Shown here piece by piece: positions 1 to 13,968 of a stretch of 64,000 nucleotides of DNA. Every line of letters begins with the position of its first letter. Position 1 is the stretch's first letter. The notes under the pieces are model-generated. The model had not been told where the DNA came from, searched no databases, and was given only the letters and a program-made list of their open reading frames with translations. Made by a program: the position numbers and the translations under genes. The stretch comes from Octopus vulgaris (taxonomy: Eukaryota), in assembly GCA_951406725.2 (NCBI GenBank), contig OX597821.1, positions 63,984,001-64,048,000 on the forward strand. The letters are read 5' to 3'.

Positions 1-934
1 ATATTTATCAAAGGTTTACAGTGGATGTTGTTGCACAACTTTTAAGCACAAAATGTTTGTCAATATACACTTTTAAATAGTCAAAATAAATGATTACCTT
101 CGGAGCTGAAACGACATCACATCCGTCAGAGATAGATAGAGATAGATAGATACACACACACAAGTACGTATATGATATTTGTTCTGCGCCACAGATCTTT
201 ATTCAAACATTAAGAAATAAAGTAGTGAAATATGGCTTCGACAGATCATATTCTTCCCCTCCAATCGGAGTACTTAGAAAACATAAGTTAGATAACTTGC
301 CTTATATTGTGGAAGAGAGCTAGTTATCGTGGTGGGACCTTCGACCAAACATGAAGCGAGGAGGAGCCAGACATTTAATGTAAACTGTTTTAAAAAATAA
401 AATAAAAAACTTCTATTAGGTCTTATTTCAGGCATCCAACAAACTCAGTAGTTACAATAATATACTTTAAAATGTACAACTTCAAAGACACAGATCTATA
501 CGTACATAGATATGTATATATATATATAGATACGTTTATATATTTTCCAGTTTATGACTTTTATCATGAAATCTTTACGAAAATAAAAAAAAATATCTAT
601 TTGTTTAAGTATTTTTGCCTGTGTCCACCAAAGACGATATCAAAATTACACTGTACACAGTTGTTTTTTGTTTTTGTTCTTTTTGTTTGTCTTTCTTTCC
701 ATTTTTGTAATTCTTCTATGCGTATCCTTTTCGTATCTTTGTTCTCTTTATATTATTTTTTATCAGAGCTAAATGACTTTTTACATATCAGTGTAGGATA
801 TTTTCTCGAGACTATCTCAATATATACCAATATAATTTCCGGTGCCAGCCGGAAGTCATGAAAAAAGAAAGAGACTAACCACATGAGATTTACTGCCATA
901 TACCTATGCAGCATCAAATATATATTTGTATATG

Positions 935-948
935 ATATATGATATATG

Positions 949-1007
<59 letters not shown>

Positions 1008-1094
1008 ATATATTATTTATATGTATACACGTCTATATTCATTTTTATACATAACAACAATTATATACGCGTGTATATATGTGTATACTCACAC

Positions 1095-1168
<74 letters not shown>

Positions 1169-1417
1169 GTGTGTTTGTATGTATGTGAAAGCAATAATCT
1201 AAGATAAAAAGGAATGGAGTTAAATATCAAATCGGTTTTACATTTCTTTGAATGGTGATATTGCTCGAGAGAGATTACATACAAAAACAAACACACGTCT
1301 GATTATATAAACACATTTATTATATATATAGATTCTAAATCATATATAGATACATATGTACGTATATATAAATATTTATAAACACTTATATACAGATACA
1401 TGTATACAAGGAGTGAC

Positions 1418-1457
<40 letters not shown>

Positions 1458-1630
1458 ATGTATGTAAATTTATGTATATATATATATATGTGTGTGTATA
1501 TCATTATATATATATATATATACATATCTATATATATGTATATATATATAAATATATACATATATATATGTATATATATATATATATATATAAGTATATC
1601 AATATATGTGTCTATACATATATTTATGCA

Positions 1631-1663
<33 letters not shown>

Positions 1664-1790
1664 ATTATATATATATAGATATATACATATATAATATACA
1701 CTTATATATATATATATATACATTCACATTATATATATATGTGTATACAGATACATACATACATAAATATACATACATATAGACACACAC

Positions 1791-1843
<53 letters not shown>

Positions 1844-1846
1844 CAT

Positions 1847-1877
<31 letters not shown>

Positions 1878-2436
1878 CATACATATATATATACATACAT
1901 AACACGCGTGAGTGGGATGTTGCAGGACTGGGAAATAGAAAGGAAAGATCAGAACGGAGGTAGACACAACCAACAGAGAGTTATTTTCGTACGTATCTTC
2001 TTGAGAGACATGTTTGCAGACGGCTTACTTAATATACTGAACAACATTTTGTACACTTGTGGTAGATGCATCTATGAATAACGGGACTTAATTTTCTGTA
2101 GTTTGATTGAATGAGAAGATAAAATAGATGACTTTTCTTGTAAGTATTATCACAGACAGTGTTACATTGTCTTGTTTTTGATGTTTGAGTTGAGCGTGAT
2201 CGTTAAAGTTATTGTCTAGGAAAATTATGTATTTGAAAAATAGATTATATTTATATGCTTCCATACAGACACACAGACACACACAGGCACACCCACGCAT
2301 ATATACACATATACATACATATATTTGTACGTATGCATATATATGTATGTATAGATATTTATTTATATATATGTATATATATATAGATATTTTATATGTG
2401 TGTATGTGTAAATATGTATATATATATAATGTTTGC

Positions 2437-2509
<73 letters not shown>

Positions 2510-2757
2510 CGTCTATATATGTATAAATATATATGTATATGCATGTGTCAATCTATATATATTTATCCCTATATCTATATGTGTATATGTATATATAATC
2601 ATATGGACCATACACACACACATGTACATGTGTATGTATATGTATGCATGTGTATATATATACATGTATACATGTATGTATGCGTGTATATATATATATA
2701 TAAATATATATATAGATTGACACATGCCTATACATATATATTTATACAGATATAGAC

Positions 2758-2834
<77 letters not shown>

Positions 2835-3102
2835 TTTGAATCAGAAAAGAATGGATAGCCAACATGACCTTTCCCTGTGACTCAAAGACTGTAGAAAGGA
2901 AGGGTGAGAAAAACGAAAGTAAAAGACCAGGTCAAATGCTTCCGAATGATTTAACATTAATGCCATGTTTTGGTGCAAAAGCGGGCAAATTATTAAATCA
3001 CTCAGCTTTCCCTCTCATACTCTTATGCTTTTGGTGTCTGTCTGATGGCATTTGTGTGTACATATGCGTGATGGCGTTTGTGTGTGAATGAGATTTATTT
3101 TC

Positions 3103-3139
<37 letters not shown>

Positions 3140-3450
3140 TGAGAGAGAGAGAGTGAACGAGAGAGAGTGTATTGTGTGAGTATGTATGCATATCTGTGCG
3201 TATGTGCTTGTATGTATGGTGTAAGTGTGTGTGTGTATGTATGTGTGCACGTGTGTATGCATGTGTTTGTTTTGTGAGTGGGTTTGTTAGAGAGAGAGAG
3301 AGAGGGAGAGGGAGAGACAGACAGTCAGAGCTTGTGTTATGTGTGTATACATGTGTATGCGTGTGCTTATGTGCTTGTGTGTACTTGTGTGTATATGTGT
3401 GTGGGGGCTTGCATGTGTTTGTTGTGTGTGTGTATGTGTGTGAGCGTGTG
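935..3450. repeat. Compound (TA)n/(CA)n/(TACA)n/(GA)n microsatellite field; similar tracts occur throughout (e.g. 53500-55130, 57030-57720, 59080-60570, 62160-62500)
   Basis: Direct reading. Confidence 0.98.
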
Positions 3451-4409
3451 TGAGCGTGTGCAACTGCGTAATAGAGTTTGCCACCTGATTTAGTACCACC
3501 TGTGAGCACTTTGTTGGATGAGCTGTTGTGGCAGTTTCAATCCTATGCGGAAGCTAAAATGTTTTTGCGTTCTACACATGATATGCGGACAGTCTGAGAA
3601 ACACATTTCGAAACCAGAATGGAACAAATTCCATATATTATGTTTGAAACTGCAAAAAGCCTCTTAAGATGATATCCAGTTGAAGCAACTCAGATTTGGC
3701 ATAGATATTCCCGTAGTGTTGTTAAGAATATTTTGGTATTTTGAGTTCTAGAAAGCATAGTGCTGGCATAATTATTGGCACCCTAGGCAAAATGCTTAAC
3801 GGCATTTCGTCCGTCTTTACGTTCTGTGTTCAAATTCCGCCAAGGTCGACGTAGCCTTTCATTTTTTTCAGGTCGATAAAATAAATATCAGTTGAACACT
3901 GCTTTTACCTCTTCTTTCAAAATTGCTGGGTTTATGTAAAATTTTGAAACCAATATCATAAAAAACGGTGATCAGCTTCCTCATTACATACATGAAAATA
4001 TCTCCACAAACACACACACACAAACGTTTTTTAAAACATTTTGTTCTTGTGCTAATGATTTTGTCAGCTCGTTGCCTTGTAGCTGCTTTATAATAATCCT
4101 TTCTGCTGAAGTACCAGTGAAACACTATGGTTCATGTCATCGACGTATCCCCTCCCTAGAACTTCCTAGCACTGTGCCAAAATTTGAAATCAATATTAAA
4201 ATTCTGGTTTTCGACATAATATGGCGTAACAATTACCAAACTAATAGATTCGGTTTTAAAGCATGTATTTGTAACATTTACCTCTACACTTCATTTCAAT
4301 CCGCTTGAATACAGATCGTCATCAATGTCTCTTCTAGTGTTCCAACAGAATATATATCAACCGACTGCATTCGAAGAAGAAACTTTGCATTCAAATCTGA
4401 TAATAATAA

Positions 4410-4851
4410 AGAAATTATCTTTTCTACTGTAGGCACAAGGCCTGAAATTTTGAGGGAGGAGGTAAATCGATCACATCGACCCCAGTATTTTACTGGTAAT
4501 TAATTTCTCGATCTCAAAAGGTTGAAAGGCGAAGTCGACCCAGGCGGAGTTTGAACTCAGGACGTAAAGACGGACGAAATACTGCTAAGCTTTTAGCCCG
4601 ACATGTTAACGATTCAGCCAGCTCGCCGCCTGTATAATCTTTTCGACTCTAAGTACAAGGCCCGAAATTTTGGGGTCAGGCGCCAATCGATTACATCGAC
4701 CCCGGTACGCAACTGGTACTTAATTTATCGGCCCCGAAATGATAAAAGGCAAAGCCGACCTCGGCGGAATTTGAACTCAGAACATGAAGACGGACGAAAT
4801 GGTGTTAAGCTTTTTGCCCAGCATGTTGCCGATTCAGCCAGCTCGCCGCCT
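4410..4851 (-). mobile_element. SINE family 2, two tandem copies
   Basis: ggcggcgagctggc..gagttcaaattccgccgaggtcg on minus, twice. Other copies at ~3790+, 29340-, 30672+, 31220+, 51800-. Confidence 0.88.
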
Positions 4852-5510
4852 ATCTAAAGATAAATTATAACAGTGTCTATATCCACTAAATCATCGACTC
4901 AGACATCCTCAATGGGAATTGGACCAAAGATTTTAAAATGTTAATTATGCCGGACGTGGATCCATCGATTCAAAAATCCTCCATAGTTGCGTGATTGATG
5001 TTTACACTCAGGTCAACTCAGATCCAGCCAACCTATGTTTAAATATAATCTAGCTCTTGTCATTCAGTCTTTTTCCTTATAGGCATGTAACCTAAGACCA
5101 CATTATTCAAAATACAATTTTTTAAGATGGCAGAGTGTGATCTGAGGAAAATTCAGCTGCTATTTTCATAAGATCAGGGGTTTCTTGTCCCTCGAACAAT
5201 ATTTCGTTATAAATCTGTTACATTAGTTTATCTCCCTTTAAATATTTATGCATTTTGTTTCACGACAACGTGGAAATAAATACTGGGACAATATAAATGA
5301 AGTTAATCATTTGGTAGCACAGTGTGACTTCGTTCCAACAGCAGAGACCGGCAAAGTAATAGCAGTATTTAAAAAAAAATCAATATCCTATAAATATAAA
5401 GTTAATAATATATTATTCCGGAAAATTTTAATCTTATTAACAGCTCATCTCTGATATGTAGACAGTGAAAATTTCAATAAATATATGTCTATAGCTACAA
5501 GTTTCTGTGT

Positions 5511-5566
<56 letters not shown>

Positions 5567-5596
5567 ACATACACACACACATATATATATACGCAC

Positions 5597-5780
<184 letters not shown>

Positions 5781-5781
5781 G

Positions 5782-5900
5782 AGTTTCTTTATTAGCCACA
5801 CAGGGCTGCACACAGATGGGACAAATTACAAGGTAGAGCTTTTCTTTTGGAGGATGAAAAAAAAAGTGGCGTAGGTTTTCGATCAAAAGGGATCGTAAAA
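5782..5900 (-). mobile_element. 3' end of a retroelement embedded in (TAGA)n
   Basis: Ends ..gcagccctgtgtggctAATAAAgaaa then (TCTA)n on minus; second copy at 12009. Confidence 0.7.
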
Positions 5901-6394
5901 GATAAAAAGAAAAAAAGAAAGAAAAAGAAGATAGATAGATAGATAGATAGTGTGTGTGTGTGTGTGTGTGCCTGCGTGTGTGTGTTAGTGTGTGCACTTG
6001 TGTGTCTACGCGTCCTTGTGCAATGCTTGTGTGTGTAACGGTTAATAGAGTGATAAATCTATACCTTGGCTTCACGTTGAAACATGAGCGGATGTGTTTG
6101 ATAGATAGTGAAATAGTGGGGAGCAGATATGTACTGGCCAATGAATAGACGTCGTTGAGTTTGTAATTGTCGTTGTTGCAAATTCATTGATTATTTTTAA
6201 GAGACACGTCTTTCTGTGCGCCGAAAGTTCGTGTATATTACATGGTGAGTGAATTCAGTTATTCATACTTGCGTGCATATGGACACTCCAGCATATAGCT
6301 TCCTTCATACACACGCACACAGACACGCACATGCACAGACACACATTATATATGTATGTATGTAAATATATATATATATGTGTGTGTGTGTGTA

Positions 6395-6439
<45 letters not shown>

Positions 6440-6591
6440 GCATATATGCCATTTGAATATGGCTAACCCATAAGGGTGGATGCTACTGTAGTTTGTAGCC
6501 CCAGGAAGATATCTCCTCCAGCTGGCTATAGACACACTATCTGTGTCCTGTCAGTATTTGTGAAGGGGAGTCATCATCCCCGTCTTCAACA

Positions 6592-6652
6592 CATGATACA
6601 CACGTACCCGAGTTTCAAGGTGTTTACCTTTCATCAGCGTGTGACAATCATG
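6592..6652 (-). ncRNA. Mirror type I hammerhead
   Basis: Reverse complement of 6741-6801. Confidence 0.85.
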
Positions 6653-6740
6653 GTTGTCGATGAGAAGTCAGATCCCTTCACAAATACATATACTTTTTCC
6701 AGTGTCGATTTGTGAAGGGATCTGACTTCTCATCGACTAC

Positions 6741-6801
6741 CATGATTGTCACACGCTGATGAAAGGTAAACACCTTGAAACTCGGGTACGTGTGTATCAT
6801 G
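6741..6801 (+). ncRNA. Type I hammerhead ribozyme, canonical core
   Basis: catgat..cacacg-CTGATGA-aagg(taaaca)cctt-GAAA-ctcggg-TA-cgtgtg..atcatg. Confidence 0.85.
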
Positions 6802-7034
6802 TGTTGAAGACGGGGAGGATGACGCCCCTTCACAAATACTGACAGGACACAGATAATGTGTCTATAGCCAGCTGGAGGAGATATCTTCCTGGGGCTACAA
6901 ACTACAGTAGCATCCACCCTTATGGTTTAGCCATATTCAAATGGCATATATACATCACGATGTGTTACCGTTACTGTTTATAACTCGCTCTGAGATTTAT
7001 CATTATATATATATATATGTATATAAATACATAC

Positions 7035-7105
<71 letters not shown>

Positions 7106-7303
7106 GTATGTATGTACGTATGTATCTATAAATGCTCTAATATCTATACAGCCTTGGTTTTTTTATCACATTACGCAAAAAATTATTATATATATATATA
7201 TATATATATACCGGAGTAAACACATAAATGTGAAACAAGGTGGAAAAAAGAGTACTCAAATACCAGTGGTAGAGTAATATGCTTTATTTTAAGCAGAATC
7301 TAG

Positions 7304-7354
7304 CAAAAACTGTCTGATGAACGGCAACGATGAAACTCAGAGTAACAGATTTTG
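7304..7354 (+). ncRNA. Type I hammerhead within mini fold-back element 7211-7386
   Basis: caaaaactgt-CTGATGA-acggcaacgat-GAAA-ctcagag-TA-acagattttg. Confidence 0.75.
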
Positions 7355-7380
7355 TTGAATTTTCTGCTGCTTAAAATAAA

Positions 7381-7420
<40 letters not shown>

Positions 7421-7426
7421 AATATA

Positions 7427-7469
<43 letters not shown>

Positions 7470-7585
7470 GTAGGTACATATATATAAATATATGTACGTA
7501 TATGTATTCATATATATATAAATATATATATATATATGTATGCAAGTATGTATGTATGTATGTATATATATACACATATATATGT

Positions 7586-7835
7586 GGAGGCGCGTGGCTT
7601 AGTGGTTAGGGTGTCAGCACCATGATCGTAAGATTGTGGTTTCGATTCCTTGAGCGGGCGACGCGTTGTGTTCTTGGGCAAAACACTTCATTTGACGTTG
7701 CTCCAGTCCACTCAGCCGGCAAAAATTAGTAACGCTGCGAAGGACTGGCGTCCCGTCCAGCTGGGGAACACGAACGTCATAGAAACTGGGAAACCGGGCC
7801 CATGAGCCTGGCTAGGCTTTAAAAGTGCGCATTTA
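7586..7835 (+). mobile_element. tRNA-derived SINE family 3
   Basis: ggcgcgtggcttagtggttag..ttcgattcc..tgtgttcttg..gttgctccagtccactcagc. Confidence 0.85.
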
Positions 7836-8488
7836 TTATTTTATTATTATATACATATATATATATATATATAAAAATAATAGTTATCGCCATACTAATA
7901 TGGCATTCTTATAAAAATAAAAAAAATTTTAAAAAAGCTGTCCGCTTATTAGCTCCATGAGGCCATCGCCTTAAGTTAGCTATTTGATACACAAACTGTA
8001 TCCATATAACCTTCGAACAAGGGAGGTCAGTCGCTCCACACTACTTGACCGTCTGAAACGCGTCTGTAGCTGCCGGTCAAGTAGTGTGGAGCGACTGACC
8101 TCCCTTGTTCGAAGGTTATATGGATACAGTTTGTGTATCAAATAGCTAACTTAAGGCGATGGCCTCATGGAGCTAATAAGCGGACAGCTTTTTTTATTTT
8201 TATAAGAATGCCATATTAGTATGGCGATAACTATTATTTTCCGGGAACGCTGCCGCTGTTCTCTTTTAGAGAGACTTAGTTATTTTAATATTTCTATTAT
8301 ATATATATATATATATATATAAAATAATAGTTATAGCCATACTAATATGGCATTCTTATAAAAATAAGAAAAAAGCTGTCCGCTTATTAGCTCCATGAGG
8401 CCATCGCCTTAAGTTAGCTATTTGATACACAAACTGTATCCATATAACCTTCGAACAAGGGAGGTCAGTCGCTCCACACTACTTGACC

Positions 8489-8540
8489 GGCAGCTACAGA
8501 CGCGTTTCGGGGTATTGCCCCTTTTCAATGCAGCGTAGCC
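8489..8540 (-). ncRNA. Mirror U3-A8 hammerhead
   Basis: Reverse complement of 8871-8922. Confidence 0.8.
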
Positions 8541-8870
8541 AGCCAGTAGGTGTCGCTTCCGGTCAAGTAGTGTGGAGCGACTGACCTCCCTTGTTCGAAG
8601 GTTATATGGATACAGTTTGTGTATCAAATAGCTAACTTAAGGCGATGGCCTCATGGAGCTAATAAGCGGACAGCTTTTTTCTTATTTTTATAAGAATGCC
8701 ATATTAGTATGGCTATAACTATTATTTTCCGGGAACGCTGCCGCTGTTCTCTTTTAGAGAGACTTAGTTATTTTAATATTTCTATTATTGAAAACAAGTG
8801 GATGTATTCCACCGAAACTAGGTAAATAAAACCATCGAACAGAGATTGTCGGAAGCGACACCTACTGGCT

Positions 8871-8922
8871 GGCTACGCTGCATTGAAAAGGGGCAATACC
8901 CCGAAACGCGTCTGTAGCTGCC
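8871..8922 (+). ncRNA. Type I hammerhead, U3-A8 variant, GUC triplet
   Basis: gctgca-TTGAAAA-gggg(caata)cccc-GAAA-cgcg-TC-tgtagc. Confidence 0.8.
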
Positions 8923-9188
8923 GGTCAAGTAGTGTGGAGCGACTGACCTCCCTTGTTCGAAGGTTATATGGATACAGTTTGTGTATCAAATAGCTAACTT
9001 AAGGCGATGGCCTCATGGAGCTAATAAGCGGACAGCTTTTTTCTTATTTTTATAAAAATGCCATATTAGTATGGCGATAACTATTATTTTCCGGGAACGC
9101 TGCCGCTGTTCTCTTTTAGAGAGACTTAGTTATTTTAATATTTCTATTATATATATATACATATATATATATATACACACTATATGTA

Positions 9189-9257
<69 letters not shown>

Positions 9258-9684
9258 TTATAAATATATATATATATGTATAATGTGATTGGCTCATTAG
9301 AAATTTTACAACCTAAAAGCAAAGTTATATACGTCACTAAAGTGACAGATGATGCAAAGTGGCCAGTATATATATGTATGTATGGACGTTCGTATATGTA
9401 AGTATAGCGTGTGTTCTGTATATATATATATATTCGTATTTATGTGTCCATCTGGTATATTCAACTGACGAAAGCAGAGCTTATTTTGAAGCAAAGCTAG
9501 AAATCCAGGATCTTGAATTATCCAGTAATATCTTTTTTGCTAGTTTATTTTGTCACTCTGTCTTGTCTCATATTGCGATATGAACATTTTAGGTGGTTTT
9601 TAGAGTCAGGGTTTTGACTGCTACTTCGGCATGGTGGTGTCTCTCAGATACCCTTTTTTATAGTTATATATATATCAATATCTA

Positions 9685-9757
<73 letters not shown>

Positions 9758-9784
9758 ATGTGTGTGTGTCTCTGTAAATATATA

Positions 9785-9903
9785 GTTAATCCAAACAAGA
9801 AAGCACAAAAAAATACAACAACGCGAGGACGTGGAACAAATATAGTATTATTGGATGCTCAGGAGAGAAGGGAAGACAGAGGAAAAAAATCGCCAACGAT
9901 ACA
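9785..9903 (-). mobile_element. Copy of the 61615 family with the hammerhead segment deleted
   Basis: Matches both flanks of the ribozyme in 58530/61615/63864 but lacks the core. Confidence 0.7.
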
Positions 9904-9937
9904 TATATATATGTATATACATATACATATATATATG

Positions 9938-10008
<71 letters not shown>

Positions 10009-10013
<5 letters not shown>

Positions 10014-10164
10014 AAGGAGCTTCTACAGGACTAGAACCGTTTCATTCAAATGAAATCTTCAGGAAGCTTCCTGTAGAAGCTCCTTCTATAAAATAAATTA
10101 ATTTACTTCTGCTATGTATTGAGTACCTTATTAACTGTGGTTAACCCCGACTCAACCCGGGACC

Positions 10165-10167
<3 letters not shown>
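10009..10167. mobile_element. Mini fold-back element with partial hammerhead
   Basis: 22-bp IR 10009-10030 / 10069-10090; minus-strand CTGAAGA-tttcatttgaat-GAAA-cggtt; ~75-nt tail; (TA)n flanks. Confidence 0.6.
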
Positions 10168-10224
<57 letters not shown>

Positions 10225-10231
<7 letters not shown>

Positions 10232-10710
10232 TCCTATGCTATCGGGGGTGTTACGTTCCAAAACCCCCACGATAGGTGAAAACTGCGAAGTAGAAACAGT
10301 ACTGTATTGTATATTTTTTTTCTATAATTTGTACGTATTTATTTTATTATAAATACAAAACATCAGACACTCGCCTCCTGAGTTTCGTTTTCCATACAAT
10401 ATGTGCGATTCTTTGTTTACTCATCTACGGTACACTACGTATTTTCTTTAATATTTAATTAATGTTTTATACACTTCAGTACTGTACTGTATTTTTTATT
10501 TATTAAATTATTTATTTTTAAGCGTGAAAATGCATATTTTACCACAGAAATAATAAAAAAAACTAAAAGAAATTATAAATACCTATCATCTGCAGAAACC
10601 CGCGATATGCTGAGGAGTTCGCGATATAAATGTACATATAGAAGCCTGGAAAATCCGCGATGTACTGAGGGCGCGGTAGGTGAACCACGATATAGCGAGT
10701 TACTACTGTA
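10225..10710. mobile_element. Tigger/pogo-like MITE
   Basis: Degenerate TIRs (..ggtgaaccacgatatagcgagttactactg-TA); homologous to 21617-22215. Confidence 0.7.
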
Positions 10711-11868
10711 CCTTATATTGTTCTGTAGCGAAGCCTATTTGACAAAGGACTTCTTGACAGTAACTTCGAATGTTCGAATTACTCTCCGTATTTCTCACTT
10801 TCTCTCCTTTTCTTTCTCTTCCTCTCTGTCTTCCCTCTGTTTCTCTCTCTTTCTTTCTCTGTGTGTATCTGTGCGTGTGCCTGTGTATGTTTGACGTCTC
10901 TGGTTTGAGCCCACTGTGAGGCTGCTTGCTCAAATGTAATTTTTAAAGCCTCGGATTCACTCATTTTTTGAGCAGAATTAGGATGTTTTAAATATGAAGT
11001 ATGCAGTACTGAAGTATTAGTCTTAAGATTAAACACCATTGGAATCTATATTCTTTGTTAGACTCTTCTCACTTCTACTTTAAGAGCTGTTATCTTTTGT
11101 TTTTGCCTGTATATCTAGATGCGAACGCTCGCTAGAGAAAGCTGCATAATATTTTATGATATAATTCTTGCGCACATAAAGGTAATCGAACCTTCTATGT
11201 TTATCATTGAGACTGGTTTAGTCAGTCAATGAAACCCATCCTTGTCTATAAATGGGAAGGTAAATTGGTATCACCATCTTGGCACAGAATAATCCACAGT
11301 ATAAGAGCAGTATTAAATAAATGCTTCATCATGACCGCGCATTATTAATGAAATTTGCTTCTATGTATATATCTCAAACATTAATAATCTCCATTCTTGT
11401 TGCATAAACCGTGCTGAGGGGCTAGATTTCGTAAAAGTATACCCCCTCGTATTTGCTATACAGATAACACCATATCTTTTTCTCTTCGCTACGTGAATTC
11501 ATGCCCAATTTTATATTATTCTTCTGGTAATCTTATCTTGCTTCTTCTAATTCGTCATTTCGTTATCTCTCTTCATTTTCCCCTGTGATTATGTTATCGA
11601 ATTTATTGAAAATACGCTTAAAGAATAATGCATATAGCAAACACTTTAACAATTTTCAACATGGAAAGAAATCGAACACATAAGCTAACAACAGTATTGG
11701 TTTACTACCGTGTAGCCAATGTTAATATGTTCATACACTGTCTGGAAGAAGTACATTTGGCTGAGCTTCATCTACAGTAGCAGTGCAAAAGTAACAACTG
11801 AAGGCCCGATAGTTGTGGATTTTAAAATATATATATGTGTGTGATATATAGCTAGCTATCTAGATAAG

Positions 11869-12000
<132 letters not shown>

Positions 12001-12008
12001 GAGATATG

Positions 12009-12200
12009 TTTCTTTATTAGCCACACAGGGCTGCACACAGACAGAACAAATTACAAGGTAGAGCTTTTCTTTTGGGGGTAAAAAAAATGGGGGTTGGTTT
12101 TCGATCAAAAGGGATCAGAAAAGGAAAGAAAGAGGACAAAAAAAGGGGAGGATTTTTTAAAAAGTGGGGGAAGAAAAGGGGAGAGGAAAAAAAGTTGATC
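12009..12200 (-). mobile_element. Second copy of the (TAGA)n-associated retroelement 3' end
   Basis: High similarity to 5782-5900 in the same microsatellite context. Confidence 0.7.
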
Positions 12201-12679
12201 AATAGATAGATAGATAAATAGATAGCCTTCATCATCTAATAATTTCAGTGTATAATAAATTATTTTCCATGTCTACACTAATATGCGTCCTATGCATTAT
12301 ACAATACAATTGTATGTTTACAAATCAGTGTAAGGCTAGCTCATCAGATCGCCAGAACATCATGGTTACACTAATACCTGAAATCTAATTTCAGCTGCAT
12401 AGGACTCTGCATTATACTTTTCGATATTGGATTAATTAAACGGTGGGCTGCTAGCCGGGTCAGTTAGAGGAGCTTTTTGTTACAGCCACATGATTCTATG
12501 AATCCTTTCAATTACACTACAAATTTATACATACATTGACACATACATACATACATACATACATACATACATACATACATACATACATACATACATACAT
12601 ACATACATACATACATACATACATACATACATACATACATACAAACATACAAACATACAAACATACATACATACATATA

Positions 12680-12912
12680 CAGGGTGGCCCAAAAGTAGGT
12701 TTACAGTTATTCAACTATCTCTTTCGCATTCATATATTAATAGTTTAGATCATAATTATAAAAAAATATGAAACCATTATTTATTGCTAATTTAGTTAAT
12801 TCTGTCAAGCTCTCTTTTCAATTTGTAAGATAGAAATTTAAATGTAATAAAACGTTTTAAAAGTAATTTAAAGTGCCTATGTGATAACTTCACCTACTTT
12901 TGGGCCGCCCTG
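12680..12912. mobile_element. Tc1/mariner-type MITE
   Basis: TA-cagggtggcccaaaagtaggt ... acctacttttgggccgccctg-TA. Confidence 0.85.
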
Positions 12913-13766
12913 TATATCTATATATAACTTGTTTTAAATCTCCGAACGAGAGATATGCAGTAACCGTACCGAATAGTACGTGGCAGTCATTTACGATGAC
13001 GACGTTACTGTTCTTTAGCCCTAGAAAAGCATCTTTCCCAATTGGCTACCGACATTCAGCTTGTGCCCCTTTATACCATATGCAAGTGATGTCATAGTAT
13101 ATGCAAGCGATAACCTCCCTTGCAAATACTATATAGGCACAAACTGTGTGCTTTCCTGAGGATAAAAAACAGCAACATCGTCCTTGTATAGGTCTGCTCC
13201 ATTATGTTGGCAAATAAACTTAACTACCTACATATATATATATGCATATACTAGCTGGTGTACCCATAATTCCCGGGGGTATATTAGAAGGCAATTGCTC
13301 AAGGTGCTACACAGTGGGACTGAACCCGGAACCATGTGGTTGGTAAGTAAGCTACTTATCACACACCCATGCCTGCGTTCATATCCACTCATGCACCTAT
13401 CTGTATATCTAAGAATATTTTTATGCAATGTCACATCACTATTTATTTTAAACAGTACAGTATACGATAAGGATAATGTTACAGTACAGTATACGATAAG
13501 GTTGTTATTACGAGCTGTACATATTAACTACCGATGTTGTTGTTTTTGATAATGGGTATGATGATGATGATGATGATGGTGTTATTTTTTCTTTCATTTC
13601 AGTTACGGTTGTAATTACTACGAGTGCAACAGTCAATGTAACCACAGATCGAGTAAGTAACATTCACAGTTCATATCACAGCGTTCATGAGCGTCACTCT
13701 CGCCCCTTTTTCTCCTTTCCTCTGTACCTGTGCGCGTGTGCGCGGGCTCGTGTATGTGTGCATGCC

Positions 13767-13844
<78 letters not shown>

Positions 13845-13968
13845 TGTATTTATGTATGTATGTATGTATGTATACGCATAAAAGTATTTCTATCTCTCTC
13901 GCACTCTCTCAGACACTTTCTGTCTCTCTCTTTCTCTCTCTCACTCCACATATATGTGTATGTATTAT

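Larger units (their letters stand above)
6435..7004. mobile_element. Non-coding fold-back element with a hammerhead on each arm
   Basis: Arms 6435-6685 / 6708-6958 with few mismatches, 22-nt spacer, ~46-nt tail, (TA)n flanks. Confidence 0.9.
7873..9150. mobile_element. Cluster of tandem and inverted copies of a 362-bp hammerhead-containing unit (retrozyme-like)
   Basis: Segments -7873-8050, +8055-8300, (TA)n, -8321-8560, +8559-9150; ccggtcaagt recurs at 8559 and 8921. Confidence 0.85.

Noticed and set aside
7873-9150. CRISPR-like array
   Set aside because: Long tandem and inverted units without unique spacers, in a eukaryotic context with no cas genes
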